Shown here: piece after piece, positions 26,915 to 35,667 of the stretch
Numbering within the stretch: the first letter of the stretch is position 1
Layout of the letters: every line of letters starts with the position of its first letter
The notes under the pieces: generated by a model
Database searches by the model: none
What the model saw: the letters and a program-made list of their open reading frames with translations, nothing else
What the model was told of the DNA's origin: nothing
Translations under genes and position numbers: made by a program
Assembly: GCA_050486505.1 (NCBI GenBank)
Contig: JBJHDK010000001.1
Location: forward strand, 12,674-76,673
DNA: 64,000 nucleotides
Direction of reading: 5' to 3'
From: Fibrobacteria bacterium
Lineage (GTDB): Bacteria; Fibrobacterota; Fibrobacteria; UBA11236

Positions 26915-27844
26915 ATGTCCGACTCTTCGAAACACCTCCTCAATCTCGTCGACCAGCCCACGGCTCTCGTGCGGCGACTGGTCGATGATGCCGTGCGTCT
27001 GCGCGCGGAATTCCGGGCGAACGGCCCGACCGATGCCCTGAAGGGCCGCACCGCCGCCTTGTTTTTCGAGAAGCCCAGCCTGCGCACCCGCGTCACCTTC
27101 GAGGTGGCGATGATCCAGACGGGGGGCGCGGCCATCGTGCTTGATCCGTCTTCGGTGTCGCTGGGCAAGCGCGAGACCGTGCATGACGCGGCCAAGAACC
27201 TGTCGCGCTGGGTCGACTGCATCGTCGCGCGTACGTTCACGCAGCGATTGGTCGACGAACTGGCGCACCACGCTTCGGTTCCCGTGATCAACGCGTTGAC
27301 CGACGAGGAACACCCGTGTCAGGCGCTCGCCTTCGGCGAGATGCTGCACGAGCGGCGCGGGTCCCTCGAGGGCGCGCGCGTGGCCTTTGTGGGCGACGGC
27401 AACAACGTGGCGAACAGCCTCGCCGCGCTGGCGGGGCATTGCGGAATGCATTTCACGCTCGCCTGTCCCGAAAGCTTCGAGCAGCCCGCGCCGTTCATCG
27501 AAAAGGTGGAAGCGCTGTGCCGCACGACCGGCGGCAGTTACCGTCAGGTGCGCGACCCGCGCGAGGCCGTGAGCGACGCCGACATCATCTACACCGACGT
27601 GTGGGTGAGCATGGGTGAAGAGGAGCATGGCGCGGAGAAGGCGCTGCTTTTCAAGGATTACCAGGTGAACATGGAGCTGCTGACCGCGGCGCCGGAGCAT
27701 TGCGTGGTGACCCACTGTCTTCCGGCGCATCCGGGAGAAGAGATCACGCAGGAGGTGATGGATTCACCGCGCTACGTCGCATTCGACGAGGCCGAAAACC
27801 GGCTGCACGCCCAAAAGGCCGTGCTCCTGCACCTGCTGTCCTGA
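26915..27844 (+). CDS. argF: Ornithine carbamoyltransferase
   Basis: SLRTR carbamoyl-phosphate motif, HPCQ, DVWVSMG, HCLP. Confidence 0.85.
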   Translation: MSDSSKHLLNLVDQPTALVRRLVDDAVRLRAEFRANGPTDALKGRTAALFFEKPSLRTRVTFEVAMIQTGGAAIVLDPSSVSLGKRETVHDAAKNLSRWVDCIVARTFTQRLVDELAHHASVPVINALTDEEHPCQALAFGEMLHERRGSLEGARVAFVGDGNNVANSLAALAGHCGMHFTLACPESFEQPAPFIEKVEALCRTTGGSYRQVRDPREAVSDADIIYTDVWVSMGEEEHGAEKALLFKDYQVNMELLTAAPEHCVVTHCLPAHPGEEITQEVMDSPRYVAFDEAENRLHAQKAVLLHLLS

Positions 27845-27872
27845 GCGCGGGCACACCGCCGGATCTGCACTG

Positions 27873-28454
27873 ATGCCTCGTCCCAAGCTTCACACCGACG
27901 CAGCAGTGCTCGCAGCAGCGCTGGCGGTGCTTTTACGCAAGGGACCATCCAGCTTTACTCTATCCGACGTCGCGACCGAGATCGGCATGTCACGCGCCGC
28001 GCTCATCCAGCGCTTCGGTGACAAGGCCAGACTGCATTATCTGGTGAGGGAGAGCATGACACGCGAAGTGCACGCGTACTTCGATGGTCTCGATCCCGCG
28101 CGCTTCGGCAAGGGCCTCGCACCCCTTTGGGACATGCTCCGGGACTTGATCTCAGGCATGGGTTCGGGAGAGGATACCCCCGGCTACCTGCTTCTTAACT
28201 GGGCGGATATTCAGGATCCCGGCCTTTTGCTCCTCGCGCGCGAGAGTGATGAACGCGTTCGCCATGAAATCGAAATCCGGCTGCCCGCGAAACCGCATCC
28301 TCCGTCGGAAACCGCGTCCCTCGTTCAAGCCGTGATCCAGGGTGCGTGCATGCAGTGGTTGGTCAGCCGCGAGGGGACGTTGGTTCGTTTCATGACCGAC
28401 CAAACCCGGCGGGTCTTGCAGGCGCTTTACCCCGAACACAGCTTCAAACCATAG
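27873..28454 (+). CDS. TetR-family transcriptional regulator
   Basis: N-terminal HTH FTLSDVATEIGMSRAALIQRFGDK, about 190 aa, helical C-terminal domain. Confidence 0.8.
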   Translation: MPRPKLHTDAAVLAAALAVLLRKGPSSFTLSDVATEIGMSRAALIQRFGDKARLHYLVRESMTREVHAYFDGLDPARFGKGLAPLWDMLRDLISGMGSGEDTPGYLLLNWADIQDPGLLLLARESDERVRHEIEIRLPAKPHPPSETASLVQAVIQGACMQWLVSREGTLVRFMTDQTRRVLQALYPEHSFKP

Positions 28455-28496
28455 TCCCAAAGAACCGCGAAAAGCGCGGATTCCCCCTGACTTCAT

Positions 28497-28520
28497 ATAT
28501 AACCGACGAGAAGGTTATAT
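28497..28520. promoter_or_regulatory. 8-bp perfect inverted repeat ATATAACC-N8-GGTTATAT enclosing the RBS of the radical-SAM gene
   Basis: Read directly. The loop gacgagaa plus the right arm carry the GAGAAGG Shine-Dalgarno, and the ATG follows at 28522. This could be a TetR operator or an RBS-sequestering hairpin. Confidence 0.35.
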
Positions 28521-28521
28521 T

Positions 28522-29616
28522 ATGGCCATGGAATGGGTCGTCTCCAGACAGAACGAAACAACTTCGCCGGTTAACGTCGAGAGAGGGCATGGGGGGCACA
28601 CTCCAAGGCCTCTCCTGCCAGGGTTCGTGCCGGAAGAATTCGATGCCTTGCCGCAAGGTGTGCCAATCGTTGATTACTCCGACCTTTTCGGGACGGCGGA
28701 AGGGACTCCCTGGCTGAGACAGTGGGCCTCGGAGCGAGGGGTGGATCTCAGGGGATTGAGACCAATCAAGGTCGAGCGAGGGCCGCGCACCTGCAAGCAT
28801 TTGTTCGCGCTGCGCGACGGGTACGCGGTCGAAAGCGTGTTGATCCGCCGTCGCGACGGGGAGACCGCCTGCATCTCATCCCAGGCGGGCTGCGGGTTCG
28901 GCTGCCGGTTTTGCGCTTCGGGTCGGGCAGGCCTCAAGAGAAACCTGCTGTCGGGGGAGATCGTCGAGCAGGTCGTGCGCTTGGGGCGCGGAGTCAACCG
29001 GATCGTGTTCATGGGAATCGGCGAACCTCTCGCCAATTACACGCAAGTCATTCGCGCCATCCACGTGCTTCGGGATCGCCGGGGCATGAATTTCCCGACG
29101 ACGGGAATCACGATCTCGACGATCGGCATTCCGTCCGCGCTCAAAAGATTGCGGGAGGAGCATCTCGGGATCAACCTGACGGTTTCATTGCATGCAACGA
29201 CCCAGCAGGTCCGTGACTGGCTGATTCCCGGGGCTCGCGGTCACGCGCTCAGCGAGGTCGTTGCGCGCGCGTTGTCGTGGGGCGAGAGGCACGGACGCAC
29301 CGTGACCTTCGCATACCTGCTTCTCCCCGGGATCAACGACTCGCCGCAAGATTCCGCGAGATTGGCGGGCATGCTTCGCGGTCGACCCGCCAGGGTGAAC
29401 CTGATGCGCTGGAATTCCGTGGAAGGCGCAGGATTCGCGCGGATCGGAGACTCGGGATTACGACGGTTCAGGGGACAACTGGAACGCGCTTCGGTCCCCG
29501 CGACGGTGCGTGACACACAGGGACTCGACGCATCGTCGGCGTGCGGCCAACTGTGGCTGCGCGACGCACGGGGAAGACCTTTTCCCGCACGCCGCGACCC
29601 CGCCCGGGACCGATAG
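28522..29616 (+). CDS. Radical SAM rRNA/tRNA adenine-C methyltransferase of the RlmN/Cfr family
   Basis: CISSQAGCGFGCRFCASG (CxxxCxxC cluster), GIGEPLANY, ISTIG, SLHA, C-terminal SSACGQLW. The N-terminal ~90 aa do not look like the canonical RlmN head. Confidence 0.75.
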   Translation: MAMEWVVSRQNETTSPVNVERGHGGHTPRPLLPGFVPEEFDALPQGVPIVDYSDLFGTAEGTPWLRQWASERGVDLRGLRPIKVERGPRTCKHLFALRDGYAVESVLIRRRDGETACISSQAGCGFGCRFCASGRAGLKRNLLSGEIVEQVVRLGRGVNRIVFMGIGEPLANYTQVIRAIHVLRDRRGMNFPTTGITISTIGIPSALKRLREEHLGINLTVSLHATTQQVRDWLIPGARGHALSEVVARALSWGERHGRTVTFAYLLLPGINDSPQDSARLAGMLRGRPARVNLMRWNSVEGAGFARIGDSGLRRFRGQLERASVPATVRDTQGLDASSACGQLWLRDARGRPFPARRDPARDR

Positions 29617-29628
29617 GGGGACGCGCCC

Positions 29629-30288
29629 CTACCAGGCGTCGTCGTCGCCGGCTTCGGCCTTGGCCGCCGCAGCTTTCGCCTCGAGCTCCTGCACGGCCTC
29701 GTTGTACTTCGTGTTGCAGGGGGTTCTTCCCGCGAAATGCTCCAGGATGGGCGCGAGCTTTTCTTCGGAGAAGGTCAGCTTCATCTGCTTCGTGATTTTC
29801 CCCTTGTATCCCCACTCCTGCATCAACGCTTCGCTCAGTTCGAAGCAGTCGTCGAGGGCGTAGAAGTTCATCTCCGAGGACTGAAAGGCGTAGCAGACGT
29901 CCATTTCCATGCACTCGGGAGGGGACTGGGTCTCGTCTTCCATCCACTTGTGCACGTGGCGACGGCGGACCTCAAGCGACTTCTCGAGCTTCATGTATCC
30001 GGTGACGAAGAACCGGCCGCGAAACTCTTCGCGCAACCCCTGATAGCGGGTGCCGAAGAGGAAATAGCGGCGGCGGGCCTTGAACGCAGAAGCACGCGTG
30101 CGCGCTTCAATGCACTGGATCACGCCATAGGTGCCGGTTTCGTAGTTGGGTTCGAGCACGGGATTGCCCGCTGCGTCGTAGGGTTCGCGCACGGGAAGGT
30201 CATGGTCACGCGACGACGAGGTGTGAATGAGAACGCCCTCGGCCTTGCCGCGGTAGTCTTGCCATCCGGTCTGGGTCATGATTGCCAT
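29629..30288 (-). CDS. Hypothetical protein, no recognisable domain
   Basis: Start MAIMTQTGW at 30288 is preceded by AAGGA. 219 aa, with an acidic Ala/Lys-rich tail. The upstream 42 codons of the ORF-track ORF are Arg-rich and unlikely to be coding. Confidence 0.5.
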   Translation of the reverse strand: MAIMTQTGWQDYRGKAEGVLIHTSSSRDHDLPVREPYDAAGNPVLEPNYETGTYGVIQCIEARTRASAFKARRRYFLFGTRYQGLREEFRGRFFVTGYMKLEKSLEVRRRHVHKWMEDETQSPPECMEMDVCYAFQSSEMNFYALDDCFELSEALMQEWGYKGKITKQMKLTFSEEKLAPILEHFAGRTPCNTKYNEAVQELEAKAAAAKAEAGDDDAW

Positions 30289-30502
30289 GTGTCGTTCCTT
30301 TCGGCGATGCCGTGAGGGGCGCGTGCGCCGCGCCGGAAACGTGTTCCGGTCGAAGGCAACGCGCATGTGTCGGGGGTCAGGACAGGAGGATTCGCACCGG
30401 AATCCCCGTGTCAAACGGGGAAGACATGAACAAAAAGGCGCGAGTCATGGTGAATTTTCCGGTTTTTTCCTGTGGTGTCTCACCAATATACACCAAGCGT
30501 CA

Positions 30503-31333
30503 TTAAAACTCTACGCGTTCCGCAACGACGGGCCGCCCCAGAAATCCGGATGCCAAACGGGTGAAGCCTTCCGTCCTGTCGGTCGTGAAAAAGCGTTCCG
30601 TCCCCCCGCGGGTGAGAGTCGAGGCGATTTCAGGATGGCGGGCCAGATAGTTTTCGAGGGAGGGGGCCACGATGTCGGCCTGCACCAGGATCCGGGTGCT
30701 CTCCGGGACCACGCGCCTGATGGCGGGGTAAAGCAGGGGGTAATGGGTACATGCCAATAACAGGGCATCGACGGGAGCGGATCCCCCCGCTTGCTCCTGC
30801 GTCATCGCCCAGTACTTGCGGACGAAGTGGTCGAGGCCGGGGCCGTCAAGCTCGCCCGCTTCGACGAGAGGAACCAGCAGGGGGCAGGCGACCTGCGTCA
30901 GGCGGATGTCGGGCGCGAGCTTGGCGAGCTCGAGCGCGTAGCTGTTGGAGCGCACCGTACCCTGCGTGGCCCACAGGGCGACATGCGCGTCGGGGGCCTG
31001 GTGCGGCGATTCCGCCAGCGCTTCCGCCGAGGGACGGATGATGCCGAGCACGCGCCGGTCGGGCCAGCGTGCGGGCAACACCCGCTGCTGGATGGTGCGC
31101 AGGGCTTCCGCGGAGGCCGTGTTGCAGGCCATGACGACCAGCTTGCAGCCTTGTGAAAACAAATGCTCGACGCCTTCGGTGGCGAAGCGCAGCACGGTCT
31201 CGAAAGAGCGGTTTCCGTAGGGGGTTCGGGCCGTGTCGCCCAGATAGAGCGCGTCGTAGTGCGGCATGCGCTCGCGCACCTTGCGGTACACCGTCAGCCC
31301 GCCGAGTCCGGAGTCGAAAAAGCCGAGAAGCAT
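30503..31333 (-). CDS. murI: Glutamate racemase
   Basis: MLLGFFDSGLGGL start, ACNTAS and CTHYPL catalytic Cys motifs. The ORF-track N-terminal extension runs into the heptad array and was rejected. Confidence 0.9.
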   Translation of the reverse strand: MLLGFFDSGLGGLTVYRKVRERMPHYDALYLGDTARTPYGNRSFETVLRFATEGVEHLFSQGCKLVVMACNTASAEALRTIQQRVLPARWPDRRVLGIIRPSAEALAESPHQAPDAHVALWATQGTVRSNSYALELAKLAPDIRLTQVACPLLVPLVEAGELDGPGLDHFVRKYWAMTQEQAGGSAPVDALLLACTHYPLLYPAIRRVVPESTRILVQADIVAPSLENYLARHPEIASTLTRGGTERFFTTDRTEGFTRLASGFLGRPVVAERVEF

Positions 31334-31351
31334 GGGAGAGAGGTAGTAACG

Positions 31352-31582
31352 CAATAGTGGACAGTGAACAGTGAACAGTGAACAGTGTACAGTGTACAGT
31401 GGGCAATAGAACAATGCAACAATGCAACAATGGGCAATGAAGCGGGTGTGTCGGGAGTCTGTGGACGGGTGGGTCTGTTGTCAGGACTGGTGTTCCGCCT
31501 CCACATTGTCCACTGTCCACTGTACACTGTTCACTTTCCTCCCCCGTCCCCCATTGTCCACTGTCTACTGTCCACTGTCCAT
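31352..31582. repeat. Heptad-armed element (CAGTGAA/CAGTGTA then CAATGCA type) with one long left arm and two right arms
   Basis: Left array 31352-31439. Right arms are cattgtccactgtccactgtacactgttcac (31504-31534) and cccattgtccactgtctactgtccactgtccat (31549-31582). Both are complementary to the left array. Confidence 0.8.
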
Positions 31583-31655
31583 TTTTCCTCCCTCCCTTGC
31601 CCCATCCCGAAGGATTAGTTATCCTTGATGCCCAATTTTTACGAGGGAGCGCGCA

Positions 31656-32033
31656 TTGCCTACCCATAAGTCTGCAGCAAAACGCATCAAAACCGCCGAA
31701 AAGGCCCGTTTGGTTAACCGCGCCGTCCGTTCGGCCCTGCGCACGAGCCTGAAAAAGGTGCGTGGCGCCGCCACCGCCGAGGATGCATCCAAGGAGTTGC
31801 CGAACCTTTTCTCCATGCTCGACAAGGCCGCCCGCCGCGGTCAGGGTGGGGTGACGAAGAATGCGGCCTCGAACTACAAGCGCAAGGCCCAGCACGCGGT
31901 TGCCGTGATCGCTGCTGGCGGTTCGGCGCTTCCCCCGATCGCCAAGGCCAAGACCGCCAAGGCGTCGAAGGCGAAGGCTGCCAAGGCGAAAGCCGCCAAG
32001 GCTGCCAAGGCCGCCGGCTCTTCCAACTCTTGA
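31656..32033 (+). CDS. rpsT: 30S ribosomal protein S20 with Ala/Lys-rich C-terminal extension
   Basis: TTG start. PTHKSAAKRIKTAEKARLVNRAVRS is the S20 N-terminus. The tail is AKAKTAKASKAKAAKAKAAKAAKAAG. Confidence 0.85.
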   Translation: MPTHKSAAKRIKTAEKARLVNRAVRSALRTSLKKVRGAATAEDASKELPNLFSMLDKAARRGQGGVTKNAASNYKRKAQHAVAVIAAGGSALPPIAKAKTAKASKAKAAKAKAAKAAKAAGSSNS

Positions 32034-32058
32034 TCCGGAAGCGTTCCGGTTCACAAAG

Positions 32059-32084
32059 GCCGCCCCAGACGGGCGGCTTTTTTT
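32059..32084 (+). terminator. Rho-independent terminator after rpsT
   Basis: GCCGCCC-cagac-GGGCGGC followed by a T-run of seven. Confidence 0.7.
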
Positions 32085-32129
32085 GTTTGCTGCGCGATTA
32101 GTTTTTCCCGCAACGACGAGAGGATTGCA

Positions 32130-33299
32130 ATGAGTGAGTCTTCGCTGCTTGGCGTGTACGGCCCCCGGGATCTGACCTTGGTGCGGGGCGAGGGAACCCA
32201 TGTCTGGGACGACAAGGGCAACCGCTATCTCGACTGCGTGTCGGGGGTGGCGGTCAACGCGCTGGGCCACGGAAACCCCGCCGTGCTTGATGCCATTCGC
32301 GGCCAGCTCGGCCTGTTCCTGCACGCGAGCAACCTGTACGTGCTTCCCGCGCAACGCGACCTGGCCGGCCGCCTCGCCGCGCTCACGGGTTTCGACGCCG
32401 TGTTCTTTTCGAACAGCGGGACCGAGGCCAACGAAGGCGCCTTCAAGTTCGCACGGCGGCACTTCATTGCCGGCGGGTACCCGGACAAGGTCGAGATCAT
32501 CAGTTTCACGGGCTCCTTCCACGGCCGGACTTATGCCGCCATGGCCGCCACGGGGCAAGACAAAATTCGCGAAGGTTTCGGGCCCGTGCCGGGTGGATTC
32601 AAGATCTTGCCCGCGAATGATGTGGAAGCCTTGCGCGCTGCGGCGGGCCAGAACACGGCGGCGGTGATTTTCGAGCCCGTGCAGGCCGAGGGCGGCGTGG
32701 TCAACATGAGCGATGCCATGGCCGAAGCGTTGCGCGACTTGCAAAAGGCGGGCGTGCTTTTGATTGCCGACGAAATCCAGACGGGCTTGTGGCGCACGGG
32801 CACGTTGCTCGGCAGCGACGCTGTTTGTATCCGGCCCGACATCGTGACATTGGCGAAGCCCTTGGGAGCGGGCCTCCCGCTGGGTGCGGTGCTGCTGCGC
32901 GGCGCGGTGTCGAAGTCTCTCAAGGCCGGCGACCATGGCTCGACCTTCGGGGGCAATCCCGTGGCTTGCGCCGCGGGCCTGGCCGTGCTCGACGCCCTGG
33001 CCGACCCGGCCTTCCAGGCGGACTATCAGGAGCGGATCGCGTTGTTGCGTGGCGAGCTGGAGAAACTGTTGGCGCGGAAGATGGAAAAGGGGGTTCCGGT
33101 GGGGCCGCTGCGCGGGCGCGGCTTCCTGATCGGGACGCGTTGGGGAGGCGATCTGGCCGCGTTGCAGAAGCGCTTGCGGGACGAAGGAGTGCTGGCCCAT
33201 CGCGCCGGTGCCGACGTACTGCGCCTGCTTCCGCCGCTCACGTTCTCGCGCGACGACATCGCCGAGTTGATGGAGGCGCTGGAGAAGGCGCTGGTGTGA
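32130..33299 (+). CDS. argD: Acetylornithine aminotransferase (class III PLP enzyme)
   Basis: GVAVNALGHGNP, DEIQTGLWRTG, TLAKPLGAG (PLP lysine), STFGGNP. Confidence 0.85.
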   Translation: MSESSLLGVYGPRDLTLVRGEGTHVWDDKGNRYLDCVSGVAVNALGHGNPAVLDAIRGQLGLFLHASNLYVLPAQRDLAGRLAALTGFDAVFFSNSGTEANEGAFKFARRHFIAGGYPDKVEIISFTGSFHGRTYAAMAATGQDKIREGFGPVPGGFKILPANDVEALRAAAGQNTAAVIFEPVQAEGGVVNMSDAMAEALRDLQKAGVLLIADEIQTGLWRTGTLLGSDAVCIRPDIVTLAKPLGAGLPLGAVLLRGAVSKSLKAGDHGSTFGGNPVACAAGLAVLDALADPAFQADYQERIALLRGELEKLLARKMEKGVPVGPLRGRGFLIGTRWGGDLAALQKRLRDEGVLAHRAGADVLRLLPPLTFSRDDIAELMEALEKALV

Positions 33300-33303
33300 C
33301 GGG

Positions 33304-33340
33304 GAGTTATGAGTTATGAGTCGTGAGTGATGAGGTGAGC
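33304..33340. repeat. Solo heptad array (GAGTTAT decaying to GAGTGAT/GAGGTGA)
   Basis: gagttat gagttat gagtcgt gagtgat gaggtga, starting 4 nt after the argD stop. No complementary arm was found downstream. Confidence 0.7.
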
Positions 33341-33439
33341 GCAGGAATGGTGCCTGCATGAATTGTTCGTGCACCAATCAATCGAATGTCACAGATCTCC
33401 GTGATCGACGCGCCGGATATGGCGGTGATGTAGTCAGGG

Positions 33440-33737
33440 CGAGGCATGCCTCGCCTTTACACGTCCGCGTGGATCCTGACGGTGTCGAGCGGGCGACTCA
33501 GCCCCCGCCTTTCCCGTGCCTGCACAGCGCGCGGGGGCAGGCCCCCGCCTTTCCCGTGTCGGCATAGCGCGGGGGCAGGCGAGTCGCCCCTACACGTCTG
33601 CGGAGTCCTGACGGTGTCTGGCGGGCGACTCAGCCCCCGCCTTTCCCGTGTCGGCATAGCGCGGGGGCAGGCCCCCGCCTTTCCCGTGTCGGCATAGCGC
33701 GGGGGCAGGCGAGTCGCCCCTACACGTCTGCGGAGTC
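33440..33737. repeat. Composite tandem repeat, period ~130 bp, about 2.3 copies, containing four GCCCCCGC-N20-GCGGGGGC hairpin modules
   Basis: Copy 2 (33579-33708) and the partial copy 3 (33709-33737) are identical where they overlap. Copy 1 (33440-33578) is diverged. Each unit is gcgagtcgcccctacacgtctgcggagtcctgacggtgtc..gggcgactc plus two back-to-back 39-nt hairpins. Confidence 0.85.
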
Positions 33738-35522
33738 TCTCTTGAGCTGGGCGACCACCTTCGGGTCGATCTGGATGTGCAGTTCCTTGAGCTGGCGTTC
33801 GGCCACTTCGGAGGGGGCGCTCATCATCAGGTCCTGCGCGCGTTGGTTCATGGGGAAGGCGATCACCTCGCGGATGTTTTCCTCCTGCGCCAGCAGCATC
33901 ACCATGCGGTCGACGCCCGGGGCGATGCCGCCGTGCGGGGGCGCGCCGAGCCTGAAGGCGTTGATCATGCCGCCGAACTTCTCCTCCACCACCTCGGGAC
34001 CGTAGCCCGCGATCTCGAAGGCCTTGACCATGATCTCTGGATCGTGGTTCCGGATCGCGCCCGAGGAGAGTTCGATGCCGTTGCAGACGATGTCGTATTG
34101 CCAGGCGAGGATGTCGAGGGGATCCTTCGTGGTCAGCGCCTCCATGCCGCCTTGCGGCATGGAGAAGGGGTTGTGGGAGAACTCGACCTTGCGGTTCTCT
34201 TCGTCGAACTCGAACATGGGGAAGTCCACGATCCAGCAGAAGCGATAGACGTCCTTCTCGACGAGGTCGAGGTCGCGGCCGAGCTTCACGCGGATCTGCC
34301 CCGCGAGCTTCGCCGCCACGTCGGGCTTGTCGCACACGAAGAACACCGCGTCGCCGGGCTCCGCACCGCAGCGGGCGCGCAACTCTTCCATCTGTTCGGC
34401 CGACAGGAACTTCGCGATGGGGCCCTTGACCCCTTCCGCGTTCCACACGAGGTAGGCGAGTCCCTTGGACCCGATCGACTGCGCGTAATCGACGAGCTTG
34501 TCGAAGAACGAGCGCGGCTGCGAAGAGATCCCCTTCACGGGGATGGCCCGCACCGCGGCGCCCCCCTTGACCGCGTTGGCGAACGCCTGGAAGCCGCTCG
34601 CTGCGAAGATGTCTCCCGTTTCGCGGATCTCGATGGGGATGCGCAGGTCGGGCTTGTCGGTGCCGTATTTGAGCATCGCCTCGCGGTAGGGGATGCGCGT
34701 GAAGGGCGCACCGTCGACGCGCCACTTCGAGAACTCGGTGAAGGTGCCGTGGATGACCTGCTCCACCGCGGCGAAGACGTCGTCCTGCGTCACGAAGCTC
34801 ATCTCGATGTCGAGCTGGTAGAACTCGCCGGGCGAACGGTCGGCGCGCGCGTCCTCGTCGCGGAAGCAGGGGGCGATCTGGAAGTAGCGGTCGAAGCCTG
34901 CGACCATGAGCAATTGCTTGAACTGCTGCGGCGCCTGCGGGAGGGCGTAGAACTTTCCGGGGTGCAGGCGGCTGGGCACGAGGAAGTCGCGCGCGCCCTC
35001 GGGCGAACTCGAGGTGAGGATGGGGGTCTGGAACTCCATGAAGCCGAGGTCGGTCATGCGGCGGCGCAGCGAGGAGATGATTTGTGCGCGCAGCATGACG
35101 TTGGCGTGCAGCTTTTCGCGGCGCAGGTCGAGGAAGCGGTACTTGAGGCGCATGTCCTCGGGGCCGCCGTCCTTGTCGTCCACCAGGAAGGGGAGCGGCG
35201 CGGCCGCGGACTGGACTTCGAGGGCGTCCACCACGATTTCGATCTCGCCGGTGGGCATGTTGGGATTGATCGTTCCCGCCTCGCGGGCGACCACGCGTCC
35301 GGTGACGGTGATGACGCTTTCGTACTTGAGGCGCGTGGCCGCGTCGAAGAAGTCGCGCTCCGGGTTGAACACCACCTGGGTCACGCCGTAGTGGTCGCGC
35401 AGGTCGATGAAGAGGAAGTGACCGTGGTCGCGGCGGCGGAAGACCCAGCCCGAGAGGCGGACGGTTTGACCGGTGTGTTCCTTGCGGAGGGCGCCGCAGG
35501 TATGGGAGCGATAGGCGTGCAT
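33720..35522 (-). CDS. aspS: Aspartate--tRNA ligase
   Basis: 600 aa. Motif 2 [19 protein letters not shown], motif 3 region [13 protein letters not shown]-terminal OB fold. Confidence 0.95.
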   Translation of the reverse strand: MHAYRSHTCGALRKEHTGQTVRLSGWVFRRRDHGHFLFIDLRDHYGVTQVVFNPERDFFDAATRLKYESVITVTGRVVAREAGTINPNMPTGEIEIVVDALEVQSAAAPLPFLVDDKDGGPEDMRLKYRFLDLRREKLHANVMLRAQIISSLRRRMTDLGFMEFQTPILTSSSPEGARDFLVPSRLHPGKFYALPQAPQQFKQLLMVAGFDRYFQIAPCFRDEDARADRSPGEFYQLDIEMSFVTQDDVFAAVEQVIHGTFTEFSKWRVDGAPFTRIPYREAMLKYGTDKPDLRIPIEIRETGDIFAASGFQAFANAVKGGAAVRAIPVKGISSQPRSFFDKLVDYAQSIGSKGLAYLVWNAEGVKGPIAKFLSAEQMEELRARCGAEPGDAVFFVCDKPDVAAKLAGQIRVKLGRDLDLVEKDVYRFCWIVDFPMFEFDEENRKVEFSHNPFSMPQGGMEALTTKDPLDILAWQYDIVCNGIELSSGAIRNHDPEIMVKAFEIAGYGPEVVEEKFGGMINAFRLGAPPHGGIAPGVDRMVMLLAQEENIREVIAFPMNQRAQDLMMSAPSEVAERQLKELHIQIDPKVVAQLKRDSADV

Positions 35523-35667
35523 GCTGAAATTCCGTGGATTTCGGGAAGACGGGGAAATTTAGTTGAAATCGGGGGGACAGTGGAACAAGGCGGACGTAGA
35601 GAGCGGGGGGCAGTGCGCGGTGTGCAGCATTCCTACTACCTCCCACCTCCCATCTTATTATTGACCC

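Noticed and set aside
31294-31628. Small ORFs inside the heptad arrays (31294..31527 -, 31385..31618 +, 31422..31628 +, and the N-terminal extension of murI)
   Set aside because: Their repetitive peptides (..HCSLFTVHC.., ..TVHCPLYTVH..) are just translations of the heptads, and they lack an RBS.
30846-33377. 843-aa minus-strand ORF
   Set aside because: It spans murI out of frame, the heptad element, and the antisense of rpsT and argD. The composition is low-complexity, and the real genes explain the region.
33446-33697. 83-aa + ORF (and 33358..33567) in the aspS-downstream repeat
   Set aside because: The internally repeated peptide is generated by the tandem DNA repeat, with no RBS and a GC-rich hairpin content.
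33497-33708. Possible CRISPR array, because a ~39-nt palindromic repeat occurs four times
   Set aside because: The repeats occur as adjacent pairs with no spacer between them. The spacer between pairs is itself repeated almost identically, and the whole is a 130-bp tandem duplication. No cas genes are present.
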